DNA from: Coprothermobacterota bacterium
GTDB taxonomy: Bacteria > Coprothermobacterota > Coprothermobacteria > Coprothermobacterales > Coprothermobacteraceae
Length of the DNA: 64,000 nt
Assembly (NCBI GenBank): GCA_036679065.1
Contig: JAZIGN010000003.1
Coordinates: forward strand, 256,001-320,000
Reading direction: 5' to 3'
Shown: in pieces, positions 10,142 through 21,000 of the stretch
How the letters are laid out: each line of letters begins with the position of its first letter
How positions within the stretch are numbered: position 1 is the first letter of the stretch
Notes under the pieces: generated by a model
Database searches by the model: none
Told to the model about the DNA's origin: nothing
What the model saw: only the letters and a program-made list of their open reading frames with translations
Position numbers and translations under genes: made by a program

Positions 10142-11167
10142 ATGAACACGAAAAGCGACAGTAAACAAGTTGTGAGAACACTGGGTCAACGATTGACCAT
10201 AATGGCAATTTTGGGCCTTGTAGTCATAACAGTTTTGTTCGGTATCAATCAAATTGTCCAAAAAGCTGCCAATGTGCCTCCTGGTAATGGCCAAGGTACA
10301 GGTTCAGGAGCCATTGCCCAAGATGTTTCTGTCTGGACTCAAACCAGTAAATACGACTTCGACCGCGGCCTAATTTATCAAGTGGATACTTCGGCAAGCC
10401 CCGGAGATGTTGTGCTCGCTATAAAAATGCAGACCATACTGGACCACTTTAACGACCAGCGCTACATCAACTCCGAGGAAAGTCAGAACATAAGCGTAGA
10501 GGATGGTCAAGTGGAGCTTTTACCTTTGAGATCTGAGGGTGTTTTGGTGTCCAAGAATTTATTGCCTCAGCACGTAGTACGTGTGGAGTCCTTTAACTAT
10601 GAAGCATCTATACCTTGGCGAGCCAGTGTAAAAGTACAGTTTTCCAAAGACTGTGTAAACTGGTACAGCTCTGCAGGAATTCTAGACGGTTGGGACAAAC
10701 TGTCTGAAGGTTCTCACGACATTGATTTATCCAACCTAAATTGGGTTGGCGTGTCAGAGTTTTACTACAGAATGGCGTTTGACGGTGGTGGGCTGCTGGG
10801 TTTTATGAGGCCCGCAGTAAAAGAAGTAGAACTTACGTACGCTGCCTACCACACTTCAGGCAGCATTGCCTCAATGGTCTTTGACAGCGGAGTAGAGAAT
10901 GCACAGTGGGATTCTATTTGCTGGGATGCCACGCTATCGATGAATGCCACTATTACTTTTGAAGTGAGAGCGTCAGATACGTTTTTTACACGAGACAGCG
11001 CTACTCCAGGCTGGACTTCAGTAGAAGCTGAAGCTGTCTCAAATAACTCATACCGTGCGTCAGTTGATCTGCCTTCTGGTAGGTACAAACAATGGCGTGC
11101 TACGTTAAGCACCTCTGATACTTCCACCACACCCGTACTCCATGAAGTCAAGGTTTATTACTACTAA
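10142..11167 (+). CDS. Hypothetical membrane-anchored extracellular beta-rich protein
   Basis: N-terminal TM helix; GGAGGG RBS; GRYKQWRATLSTS...TPVLHEVKVYY type C-terminal module. Confidence 0.7.
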   Translation: MNTKSDSKQVVRTLGQRLTIMAILGLVVITVLFGINQIVQKAANVPPGNGQGTGSGAIAQDVSVWTQTSKYDFDRGLIYQVDTSASPGDVVLAIKMQTILDHFNDQRYINSEESQNISVEDGQVELLPLRSEGVLVSKNLLPQHVVRVESFNYEASIPWRASVKVQFSKDCVNWYSSAGILDGWDKLSEGSHDIDLSNLNWVGVSEFYYRMAFDGGGLLGFMRPAVKEVELTYAAYHTSGSIASMVFDSGVENAQWDSICWDATLSMNATITFEVRASDTFFTRDSATPGWTSVEAEAVSNNSYRASVDLPSGRYKQWRATLSTSDTSTTPVLHEVKVYYY

Positions 11168-11205
11168 CTGAAACAGTTAGGCTGATTTTCCGCCAAGATT
11201 TTTAT

Positions 11206-12147
11206 TTACCCGCCCACTTTCACAGTAAAGCCGCTGTTTTCAAACAAGGCTTTTATGTGTTCAACGTGGTCTGCATCAGGCGATTCATGGGTGGGCATTC
11301 TGTAGGGTTTCCCCAGACGCACATACTTTTCTCCAACGTCGTGGAAGGGTAGCAGATCCACACGCCTGACGCTACCTATGTCATTTTTCAAGAAGGAAAT
11401 CAAACCTTCAATATTTCGAGGAGTATCAGTAATACCAGGTATGAGTGGTATTCTGATAATTACATCACTTGCCCTTCCACTGCCTGCAAGAGCCTTTAAG
11501 TTTTCCTTTATGAGTTCATTTGGCACACCAGTAAAATACGCATGCTGCTGTGAATCTGCCAATTTCTGGTCATACAAGAAAACGTCTATTAAAGGTGCTA
11601 ATTGAGAAAAAATGTCCTTGGGCACAAAACCAGAGGTTTCCACGGCTGTGTGAATGCCTAGTTCCTTGCATGCCTTTAGAGCATGCTGCAAGAAATGAGC
11701 TTGCATGAAGGGTTCACCACCGGTGAAGGTCACTCCTCCACCTGATTGATCGTAGTACAGCCGGTCTTTTTCCAGCTCCTGCATAAGCTCTTTTACGCTC
11801 AACGTGAAACCCACCATTTGCCAAGCAGTGGTTGGGCAGTAGTGTGCACACACGCCACAACGTGTGCACTGTGTTCTGTCAATCACTACGCCGCCTTGGG
11901 TAAGCTCTAAAGCATCCTGTGGGCATACTTCTTGGCAGGTACCGCATCTCATGCACCTGAACTCAAAATGCATCAGCTCAGGAATAGGGCTTATGCCTTC
12001 AGGGTTTTGACACCACCAGCAGCTTAGTGGGCAGCCTTTTAGAAACACCAGCGTTCTTATGCCAGGTCCGTCGTGCACAGCGAAGCGCTGCACATCAAAG
12101 ACTGTGCCCTGAGCGTTCCAATCTACTACAGATTCCTTCTGGGGCAA
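11206..12147 (-). CDS. Glycyl-radical enzyme activating protein (HypD activase)
   Basis: HDGPGIRTLVFLKGCPLSCWWCQNPE radical SAM motif plus two ferredoxin-like CxxCxxCxxxC inserts; directly downstream of the GRE. Confidence 0.93.
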   Translation of the reverse strand: MPQKESVVDWNAQGTVFDVQRFAVHDGPGIRTLVFLKGCPLSCWWCQNPEGISPIPELMHFEFRCMRCGTCQEVCPQDALELTQGGVVIDRTQCTRCGVCAHYCPTTAWQMVGFTLSVKELMQELEKDRLYYDQSGGGVTFTGGEPFMQAHFLQHALKACKELGIHTAVETSGFVPKDIFSQLAPLIDVFLYDQKLADSQQHAYFTGVPNELIKENLKALAGSGRASDVIIRIPLIPGITDTPRNIEGLISFLKNDIGSVRRVDLLPFHDVGEKYVRLGKPYRMPTHESPDADHVEHIKALFENSGFTVKVGG

Positions 12148-12152
12148 AGTTC

Positions 12153-14600
12153 TTACACCGTCTCGTGCTCTGTTCGAGCTATGATTTCCTCTTGCAGACC
12201 CTTGGGCAGGTTTACAAAGTAATCACTGTAGCCGGCAACGCGTACCATGAGATCTTGGAAGTCTGCTGGTCTTTTCTGAGCTTCGCGGAGCAGCTCTGCG
12301 CTAACTACGTTGAACTGCACGTGGTGTCCGCCCATGTTGAAGAAGCTTCTTATCAGTTGTCCCAGCTTCTTAAGGGTTTCTGGGTCTTCCACGATGTCCG
12401 GTGTGAGTTTCTGGTTAAGCAGTGCTCCACCCGTTTTGTCCCAGTCGCACTTGCTCACCGACCTAAACACAGCAGCTATGCCTTTTCTGTCACTACCTTG
12501 CACTGGCGATACACCTTCAGATACGGGCATGCCAGCTTTCCTTCCATCAGGGCTTGCTCCCATAACTCTACCAAAATACACGTGCACCGTGGTGGGCAAC
12601 CAATAAGCTCTGCGAGATGCTCTTCTTACAGGTGTGGGTGGGTAGCTCTCAATGAGCTCCACTGTTTTATCCACCAAGGCCTTAGCTATGTTGTCGGCAA
12701 AATCGTTGTCTTCGCCAAACTTGGGCGTCCGCGTAAGTATGACCTGCCGCATCATTTCATAGGGCCCTTCGAAGTTGCTGCTTAGTGCTTTTAGGAGCTC
12801 TTCCATGCTGAATGTGTGGTTTTCAAACACGTGGTATTTTATTGAGCTCAGACTCAAAGTTACAGTGCCCAAACCAACAAGTTGTACATACTGCGTGTTG
12901 TAACGAGCCCCGCCACTGTTGTAATCCTTTGCACGCTTTACGCAATCTTCAATCCACAGCGACATGAATGGTACAGGCAGCTCAGTGGCGTAAAGTTGCT
13001 CGATAATATCGTTGCCCTTCATCTTTATGTCCATGAAGTACTTTATTTGCTTTAAGTAGGCGTCCCAAAGTTCTTCATAAGTTTGGAAGGTGGTAGGATC
13101 TCCTGTCTCCAAACCTATTTTCTTGCCCGTTATTGGGTCCACACCATTGTTAAGGGTGATTTCCAGTATCTTTGGCAGGTTAAAATACCCTGTCAGTATG
13201 TAAGATTCTTTGCCAAAGGAACCTGTCTCCACGCAGCCGCTTACCCCTGCAGTCCTTGCATCTTCCAAGGTTTTCCCTTGCCTAAGCATTTTCACAATGA
13301 TGCCATCAGCGTTGAACAGGGGTGGTTCACCAAAACCCGGGCCAATAACCTCTAGCGCTTTCCTGAGCAGCCTATCAGGTGTTTTATTGCTTATAAGAAC
13401 TGCCGTGTTTGGCTGCAGTGTGCGCATTTCATCAAGTACTTCCAGCAGCAGATAAGAAACATCGCTGGTGCCGTCCGAGCCGTCCACCTTTAAGCCACCA
13501 ATGTTTATTTTTGTAAAGTCGTTGTAGGTAAAACTTTCTTCAGCCGTGACGCCCACCTTAGGTACTGCTGGTTGGTTGTTGAACTTCACCCAAAAAGCTT
13601 CAAGTAGTTCCTTTGCTTTTTCCTGAGTTAACGTTCCTTCACTAATTTCTTTCTCATAAAAGGGCCTTAAGTGCTGATCCAGCCGCCCCGGGTTGAAAGA
13701 ATCCCACGGATTGGTTTCATAAGTTATGCCCACGTGTATGAACCAGTAATGCTGAAGTGCCTCCCAGAAGGTTTCTGGCGCATGAGCAGGTACTTTGCGG
13801 CAAATGGAAGCCATATGTAAAAGCTCTGCTTTCCTATCCACATTCGTTTCTTCTTGTGCTAGTTGTTCCAATTTCTCTGCATAACGCTGAGCATAGATAA
13901 GCAGCGCATCAGCTGCAATGTCCATGGCTTTAAGCTCTTCCAGTTTTTCTTCATATGCGGAATCGCTCTTGTCAAGCTGTGCCATGCGCCGTTTTATTTC
14001 TTCCTTAATATCCAGAATGCCCTTTTGGAAGATACGCTCGCCACCAGCAGTGTGACCCGGTGCGCGCTGTTCCATAAACTCTGTCCAAATACCCGCTTCG
14101 TAGCACTGTAGCCACTCCTCGGGCATGCGTTGAAACAGTTTTTCCCTTATGGTTTTACCTTGCCAAAAAGGCAGTATGGTGCTTTCATAAAGCTGTTTGT
14201 CTTCAGCAGTGTTGTGGTAGGGCATATTTTCTCGGGTATCTAGTATGTCCAAATCTTCCAGTGAATGAGCACATATCTCTGGGTAAGTGGGCACCTCTTT
14301 GGGGCCTGTTCCTCTTAAGCCTACAATGAGTTGACCCTCTTCCACGGGTAAACTGCAGTGCTCCAGCAAGTACTTAAATGCCATGGCTCGCTGCACTGGT
14401 ATGCTCAGGTTGTCTGCCATTCCGCTCTGGTAAAACTCTGTGACTAACCGTGCTCGCTCCGTGGAAATCTTTACTTGGGCATTTACACTTTCTTCTCTGA
14501 GCCGAGCTATGCGCTCATTTATGGGCCTAACAGCTTCTCTGCGCTTCTGGATTTCCTGTTCTATGGTCAATGTGGTCTTGTCGGCATTCACGTTTATCAC
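12153..14600 (-). CDS. hypD: trans-4-hydroxy-L-proline dehydratase (glycyl radical enzyme)
   Basis: TEFMEQRAPGHT, WDSFNPGRLDQH, ESFTYNDF, SGCVETG, LPTT and RVAGYS match HypD-type active-site segments. Confidence 0.88.
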   Translation of the reverse strand: MINVNADKTTLTIEQEIQKRREAVRPINERIARLREESVNAQVKISTERARLVTEFYQSGMADNLSIPVQRAMAFKYLLEHCSLPVEEGQLIVGLRGTGPKEVPTYPEICAHSLEDLDILDTRENMPYHNTAEDKQLYESTILPFWQGKTIREKLFQRMPEEWLQCYEAGIWTEFMEQRAPGHTAGGERIFQKGILDIKEEIKRRMAQLDKSDSAYEEKLEELKAMDIAADALLIYAQRYAEKLEQLAQEETNVDRKAELLHMASICRKVPAHAPETFWEALQHYWFIHVGITYETNPWDSFNPGRLDQHLRPFYEKEISEGTLTQEKAKELLEAFWVKFNNQPAVPKVGVTAEESFTYNDFTKINIGGLKVDGSDGTSDVSYLLLEVLDEMRTLQPNTAVLISNKTPDRLLRKALEVIGPGFGEPPLFNADGIIVKMLRQGKTLEDARTAGVSGCVETGSFGKESYILTGYFNLPKILEITLNNGVDPITGKKIGLETGDPTTFQTYEELWDAYLKQIKYFMDIKMKGNDIIEQLYATELPVPFMSLWIEDCVKRAKDYNSGGARYNTQYVQLVGLGTVTLSLSSIKYHVFENHTFSMEELLKALSSNFEGPYEMMRQVILTRTPKFGEDNDFADNIAKALVDKTVELIESYPPTPVRRASRRAYWLPTTVHVYFGRVMGASPDGRKAGMPVSEGVSPVQGSDRKGIAAVFRSVSKCDWDKTGGALLNQKLTPDIVEDPETLKKLGQLIRSFFNMGGHHVQFNVVSAELLREAQKRPADFQDLMVRVAGYSDYFVNLPKGLQEEIIARTEHETV

Positions 14601-14930
14601 TTCCTTAGTCGCGTTTATTCACCACGGAAATCGACAATAACTTCTATTAACATTATATATGTATTAAATGCAGGCACATGCACTCATGTAAACTAGGAAC
14701 AATGGTGCAGTGTAAGGGTCTAACGGTTTTAGCCTTATCATTGATTTGGTAGCCTGAAAAATGCTCTAAGTCATCGATTGACATATAAAGTAATTCAATA
14801 ACATATAATATAAAGAGACTTACATGCTGCGTTTGGTCAATCTGATCGGGCAATGCATAGATGGTAACCTTTTTTAAATATAATCTATGGATAGTAGAGT
14901 CTTTTTGTAGGAACAGGGGTGTGGGTTTTT

Positions 14931-17285
14931 GTGTATAAAGTTTGCTGGGATCCTGAGTCAAAGGGCGTTCTTCTAACTCTTACTGATATTGAAAATTCCA
15001 TGGACGGCACGGTTAGGCCAGTGTTCTATGAAGAACTTGATCTTCTTGGTTTAGACCGATACTGGCAGTATCCTCATGCTGATGGACCCTTACTTTGGGC
15101 AAAGGGACGGCATTATTTCTATGATGGCCAGGAAGTTGCTACCGTTGAAGGCGGTGGATACTTTGTTAAGCCGAACGTAGTAGTAAAACTCGAAGATCTT
15201 TCTTTGGAACCAGTTGACGTGAACCTGATGGTAGAAAAGAATAAGACGTTCATTAATGGACTTACTGAAAAAGCCATGCGTTTTGTTGAGCAGAAGTACA
15301 AACGGTTCAGACCCAGGGTTGACGTAGCAGCAGTTTCTTTCTCCGGAGGAAAAGACTCCATGGTCCTTCTCGACTTAGTGCAAAGGACGCTAAATCCAGA
15401 CCAGTATGTTGTAGTGTTTAACGATACTTGGATGGAATTGAGTGATACCTACAAAGTAGTGGAAGAAGCAAAAAAGAGATGGCCTCAATTGAACTTTTAC
15501 ACGGCAAAAAGCGAAAAAGATGCTGAAACTACTTGGCGAGAAATGGGGCCCCCGAGCAGGCTGATAAGATGGTGCTGTACTGTCCATAAATCTGCTCCTA
15601 CGTTGTTGATGTTAAGGACGCTGGCAGGTAAGCCTTCAGTCAGAGCTTTAATAGTCGATGGCGTTAGACGAGAGGAGAGCCAAAGACGTTCTGTTTATAG
15701 TGATGTAGCAATCGGATACAAACATGACACACAGACGAATATTCGTCCAATAATTGATTGGAGCAGTACAGAAATATATCTATATACGTTTGCCAGACGA
15801 TTACCACTCAATCGAGCATACAGATATGGTCTGGCTAGAGTTGGTTGTTCTGTTTGTCCTTTTGCATCAGGGTGGTCCGAATATGTTATACAGAACGTGT
15901 ATGGCGGTGAAGTTGAAACTCTGCTAGATGCCCTTTTTGAATATGCCTCTATGTTTACGAAAGAGAAAGACGACTTAACGGAATTTGTTAGCTCTGGTAA
16001 GTGGAAAAGTAGAGCTAGCGGAAGTAGCTTGGGATTTGGTAAAGAATTACCAACAAAAAGCTTTAATGGATGTTCGTTGATGTTCGCAATCAGGAATCCC
16101 AACGAAAACTGGATCGAGTGGGTAAAAGCAGTGGGTAATGTTGTAATGGAAGGTGATATTCAAGGTCAGCTTAACGTTAGAGATCCTTCAAATCCAAGTT
16201 CGCCGCAGAAAATTCTTGATTTCCAGCTTAAGAAAGATAGTGACGTTGAAGTAATTACGGTAAATGGATTGAGTAGTGATGATAAAGAAACTATTAAAAG
16301 GCTTGGATGGGTGGCTACAAAAGTCAGTTATTGCACTCATTGCCAAGCGTGTCAAGTTGAATGTCCGACCGGAGCACTCCACATAACAACCACAAAGGTA
16401 ACTATCGACCAAGATAGGTGCATTCACTGCGCAGAGTGTCTGTGGTTCGGCGGCAAAGTGTGTTTAGGTGCTAAGTCTTTGAAAATGAAGGAAGGGGCTA
16501 AGGTGATGAGCAATAGCAGAATTTACCTTACTGACTATTCTGGGTTTGGTATCAGACAGGAATGGTTGAGAAAGTTGGTTGAAGTTGGCGAAAATTGGTC
16601 TCTTCAAAGTAGTGGTTTAGGTAACAAACAGTTCTCTGGATTGAGATCATGGTTAAAACATGCAGAAATAGATATTTCTGGGAAAGGCATGTTGAGTATT
16701 GACTTGCTACGCGAATTTGGTTCCGACAGCGATTTTACTTGGGCAGTAATTTGGACTAATTTAGCTAGGAACTCACAAATAGTTAGATGGTATATCAGTC
16801 AGGTAAAGTGGGGAAGCGTTGTTTCAAAGGACGACTGTGTAAAAATGACAGCGGAATATTTCCCAAATCATACAGAAAGAACTAGAAGGAACGCTGTAAC
16901 GGCCATTTTTGAACTCTTTACAAAGAGTCCGATAGGGTCTAGATTGGGGATAGGCATTCCTTCAATGAACAGCAGGCAACAAAGGGTGGAAAAACGGGGC
17001 TGGGTCAAACCTTTAGGAGATGTGATCCTGTACTCGTTGTACCGTTTTGCTGAAACTAACAATAGATATGAGTTTACGCTTAACGAACTGTATAACTCTG
17101 AGAGCTATGAAAGTCCGTATGCACTTTTTGGTTTAGCACAGACAAAACTAATGAGTATTCTACGTGGCATAAGTTCGACCAGACCTGATCTTGTACGCGT
17201 AGAGTTTGTAAGAGATCTGGATAATGTCTATTTGAACAGAAATTATTCGCCGAAGGAAGTCTTGGAGAATGTACGATTGGAATAG
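14931..17285 (+). CDS. brxP: BrxP-like protein: PAPS-reductase domain, 4Fe-4S ferredoxin and C-terminal DUF4007-like domain
   Basis: SFSGGKDS PP-loop, RWCCTVHK, GVRREES, RVGCSVCP; CTHCQACQVECP and CIHCAEC; C-terminal FGIRQEWL...WAVIWTNL. Confidence 0.85.
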   Translation: MYKVCWDPESKGVLLTLTDIENSMDGTVRPVFYEELDLLGLDRYWQYPHADGPLLWAKGRHYFYDGQEVATVEGGGYFVKPNVVVKLEDLSLEPVDVNLMVEKNKTFINGLTEKAMRFVEQKYKRFRPRVDVAAVSFSGGKDSMVLLDLVQRTLNPDQYVVVFNDTWMELSDTYKVVEEAKKRWPQLNFYTAKSEKDAETTWREMGPPSRLIRWCCTVHKSAPTLLMLRTLAGKPSVRALIVDGVRREESQRRSVYSDVAIGYKHDTQTNIRPIIDWSSTEIYLYTFARRLPLNRAYRYGLARVGCSVCPFASGWSEYVIQNVYGGEVETLLDALFEYASMFTKEKDDLTEFVSSGKWKSRASGSSLGFGKELPTKSFNGCSLMFAIRNPNENWIEWVKAVGNVVMEGDIQGQLNVRDPSNPSSPQKILDFQLKKDSDVEVITVNGLSSDDKETIKRLGWVATKVSYCTHCQACQVECPTGALHITTTKVTIDQDRCIHCAECLWFGGKVCLGAKSLKMKEGAKVMSNSRIYLTDYSGFGIRQEWLRKLVEVGENWSLQSSGLGNKQFSGLRSWLKHAEIDISGKGMLSIDLLREFGSDSDFTWAVIWTNLARNSQIVRWYISQVKWGSVVSKDDCVKMTAEYFPNHTERTRRNAVTAIFELFTKSPIGSRLGIGIPSMNSRQQRVEKRGWVKPLGDVILYSLYRFAETNNRYEFTLNELYNSESYESPYALFGLAQTKLMSILRGISSTRPDLVRVEFVRDLDNVYLNRNYSPKEVLENVRLE

Positions 17286-18021
17286 CTTCAAGAACTGGGC
17301 TAGACATGAACATTTCGGTTTAAGACCTGAATGGCTCGAGATGTACAAGCAGAGCTTATCGAATAATAATTACGTATGGACAATAGGTAATAGACAGGTA
17401 CAAAGTATTCTTGAGTGGGTTAAGACTATTGGTTTGGCAACGAGAGACGGTACTCTATCGAACTTGGGAAAGTGGTTTATTAAAGGGGAAATTTCTATTG
17501 AGAGTGAGCTTTTCTGGGAGATCGTCTGGGTGAACGTTGTCTTCAGTTTGCCTACAGCTAGATGGTATGCGCATAATGTTGATGGCAGAATGAGCTGGAA
17601 GGATATAAACACTTTAATCATGGCTATGGTGCCTCGTTTGAGTGCGAGGACTTTAGAAAATGCACTGTATGGGTTGAAAGACACTTTGATAAGAACGCCC
17701 ATAGGTTACGATTTAAAACAGGGAGCTTTTCATAAAAAAGATGGAGAAATGTTTGTCGTAAGGAATGGGATAATCCCATCACCTAAAGTTGCTCTTTATG
17801 CGATCATTAAATTGTTTGCTGAGGAGCGACGTGATGAAATGGGCTTGGACGAAGAATTGACATGGCCCTGGGTAATCTTTAATGTTCCCAAGGACGAGAT
17901 TCTTCGATTGATTGTTTCCACACAAGAGGGGGCAGTAAGTTTCCAAAGCAATATTGTTAGGTTAATGGCGAAAGGGGAGGCTTTGGGCAAATGGTTGGAT
18001 GGAAGTATGCTGATTACATAG
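17269..18021 (+). CDS. Stand-alone DUF4007-like protein, paralog of the BrxP C-terminal domain
   Basis: HEHFGLRPEWL, IGNRQV, FWEIVWVN, RWY, RTLENA and TPIG align with the BrxP C-terminus; overlaps both neighbours. Confidence 0.7.
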   Translation: MYDWNSFKNWARHEHFGLRPEWLEMYKQSLSNNNYVWTIGNRQVQSILEWVKTIGLATRDGTLSNLGKWFIKGEISIESELFWEIVWVNVVFSLPTARWYAHNVDGRMSWKDINTLIMAMVPRLSARTLENALYGLKDTLIRTPIGYDLKQGAFHKKDGEMFVVRNGIIPSPKVALYAIIKLFAEERRDEMGLDEELTWPWVIFNVPKDEILRLIVSTQEGAVSFQSNIVRLMAKGEALGKWLDGSMLIT

Positions 18022-21000
18022 GCGTTGAACAGGGGTTTGTGGACGTCTATTCAGAAGAGGTTGACAAGGACTCTGAACGTTGGAAACAATTCATACCTCA
18101 CGAGAACATGAAAGAGCTACTTCAGAAGTTAATGAAGGCTCTCGAAAGAGGAAACAAAGATGACGAAAAACCCATATGGTTGACCGGGGCTTACGGTACT
18201 GGAAAAACTTTCGCATCCTTTGTAGTCAAACATTTGCTTGAGGACGATATTGCAGAGGTTGAGAAATATTTTAGGAATAGTATGAACATTGGAATTATAG
18301 GCGACTTATGGGAAAAGTTTAAAGCCATACGTTCAAAGAAACCCATGAAACCCATATTAGTCGTTTATAAATCAGGGTCTGGGCACGTAGACAACCCAAG
18401 ACGATTTCTTATGGAGATTCAGAAAGGCGTGACTGATGAGCTCAGACGTAAAGGTTACTACAAGTTCTCAAGTACGATGGTTGACGACATTATAGAGAAA
18501 TTCGATTCCGGAGTTGTTAGTTTGGAAAAGTTATTTGCAAAGTACAGAACCGAGTTCTTTGCGTTTGACAAGCCAGAAGAAGTTTTGGAATCTCTCAGGA
18601 ACAGTGTGCAAAATCATGGCGATCTGGATGTGGCTGAAACGTTGGTGGAGATACTCTCAAAAGAGGGAGTCTATGTTAATGATGACCCAGATTCCCTGAA
18701 AAAATGGCTCCAAGACGTTATAGAGAGAAACAATTTGGGAGCGATTGTATTTATCTGGGACGAATTCACGGAATACTTGAACAAAAGTAAAAGTTTCGAC
18801 ACTGTCCAAGAGGTAGCTCAATACAGCGCGGAAATCCCATTCTATTTATTTTTGGTTACTCACAGAGCACCAACTCAATTCACGTCTATTGATGAAAGTC
18901 AAAGAGCAAAAATAAGGGATAGGTTTCACGTAGTACGTTTAGAGATGAAAGAGATTACAGCATTCAGCCTGATGGCAAGGGCTATAGAGATAAAGCCAGC
19001 CACAGCCGATGAGTGGAAAGACCAGTCAAGAAGATTGTGGCTTCAGGTGGAAAGTGTTGCAGATGCCATGGAGAGTGCAGGTCTTCCAGATGTTGAACAA
19101 AAAGAAATGGAAAAACTTGTACCCATGCATCCCTATACAGCATACCTTCTTGCTCATATTTCGAATCTCTACGTGTCCAGTCAGAGAAGTCTGTTCATGT
19201 ATCTGAAAAGCAAAGAAAACGGTGGCTTCGCGGATTTCATCGAAAAGTACCCAGAAAATGGATGGTATTGGATAACGAGTGACAGACTTTGGGACTACTT
19301 CTTTGATAGTCAAACTCAACCCATGATAGACAATGATGGCGCTATGCAGGTAATAAGTTACGCGAGAAACGCTATGCAATCTGAGTCACTTTCCGAGGAC
19401 GAAGTAAAGGTGGTCAAGGCGGTTTGTTTACTCTTGGCTTTAAACTATTTGGAAAGTGGAGCTGGATCACGGTGGCACAAACCTTTGCTCAGCAACCTAA
19501 GGTTAATGTTTACTGGTACACCGATTGACAAGGTGTTGGATAATTTAGTGGAAAAACTCGAAAGCAAGCAAGTCCTTCATGTTAACGAACTAAGCGGAGA
19601 CAAAGAATTTATTTTGCCAGGCAGACATATACCAAATGAATTAAGAAATGAAGCAGAAAACTTTGTAAATAGTAACCATACTTTTGATAGAGTGCTTACA
19701 AGTGCCGGAGATGAAGTTTACAACGTTGGCTACATGAAGAAATTCGAAAGAAAGGTTGTCACGCTTAACGGAGCTGATCTGATCAGATTCGCTGTAAAAG
19801 TGCAGCCTTTTCAAAGCTCGAAATCTACGTTAAGCCCAATAGAGAGTCTGTTGAAACCGTACCAAATAGGTGTCATTATTGTGCTTGCTTTTAGTGATGC
19901 AGATCGCGAAAAGGCTTTAGAAAAAGCGAAAGAAATCGCTACGAAAAGAACCGCAGTTGTGGTCAGCCTAGTTCCATTGGGAGAAGAGAAATGGAAAGAA
20001 TGGAAAAAGTACGCGATAGATTGGTACTGCTATGAAGAAATGAAAGAAACATCTCAAGCGAATTACGCAAGGACGAAGACTGAGGAAATAATGGATAGTT
20101 GGTTTGATAGGATCGCTTCGGGCGACTTTATGGTGTTCATACCTGAAAAAGAGCCTCATTCTGTACGTGGCATAGAAAAGGTTAAGCAGGAACTCATAAA
20201 CTTTAGAACTGAATTGTTTCCTGCGGGACCTGAAAAGATAGACACGACCTCAACGCTGTATAAACCCTCCTACGGCAAAAGTGTCGCCTCTTTTGTGCTT
20301 GAACCTCCGACCAGGATTCCAAGCCCCTACAAGGAGCTAATTCAAAAACTGGAACGTGATCACGTATGGTCAGTTGACCTTAGTACGGTTCAATCTAACC
20401 ATCCTTTGAAGAGAATGCAAGACTTAGTGGATAGAATCATGGAAGAAAGAAACTTTGATGTCCCACTTATTGAAATCTGGGAAAGACTCCAGGAACCACC
20501 ATTTGGTCTAATGCCTTCGCCTATTGGTTTGTTCTTGTTCGCGTGTGTAATGAAGGAATATGCACAAGGTTACTACGTTTACGATGGCAAAACAACTCAA
20601 GAGCTAAATGCTAATAGAATGGCTGATCTGCTAACAAAGGTAGTTAAGCATGATAGAGGATGCGAAGACCTTGTCATAAAGCGTTTGACAAAGAATGCGC
20701 AGGACTTTTGCAAGTTGATGCGTGAGACATTTAGCCTTACTGAAGCAGAAAGCACAACTCCAGAGGAAGTACGAAAGAGCTTGAAAGTGAAGATTAGCGA
20801 GATGCACTATCCTTTATGGATTCTCGAGTTCGATCCAGAATTGGTTGGTTACGGGAGCGGCACGTTCTGCTCTTTGATTTCAAGCTTGCAAGCATTTATC
20901 TTTTCTGATGAAGTTCCAAATGATGATCAACTCAAGGTCATAACTGAACTTCTTGGAGGAATGACCGGACAATATTTGGCTAAGAACTTTACGAAGGATC

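Noticed and set aside
12027..12785. Long antisense ORFs (also 29453-30028, 33092-33712, 41700-42191)
   Set aside because: Shadows of well-supported opposite-strand genes, with no RBS or recognisable motifs
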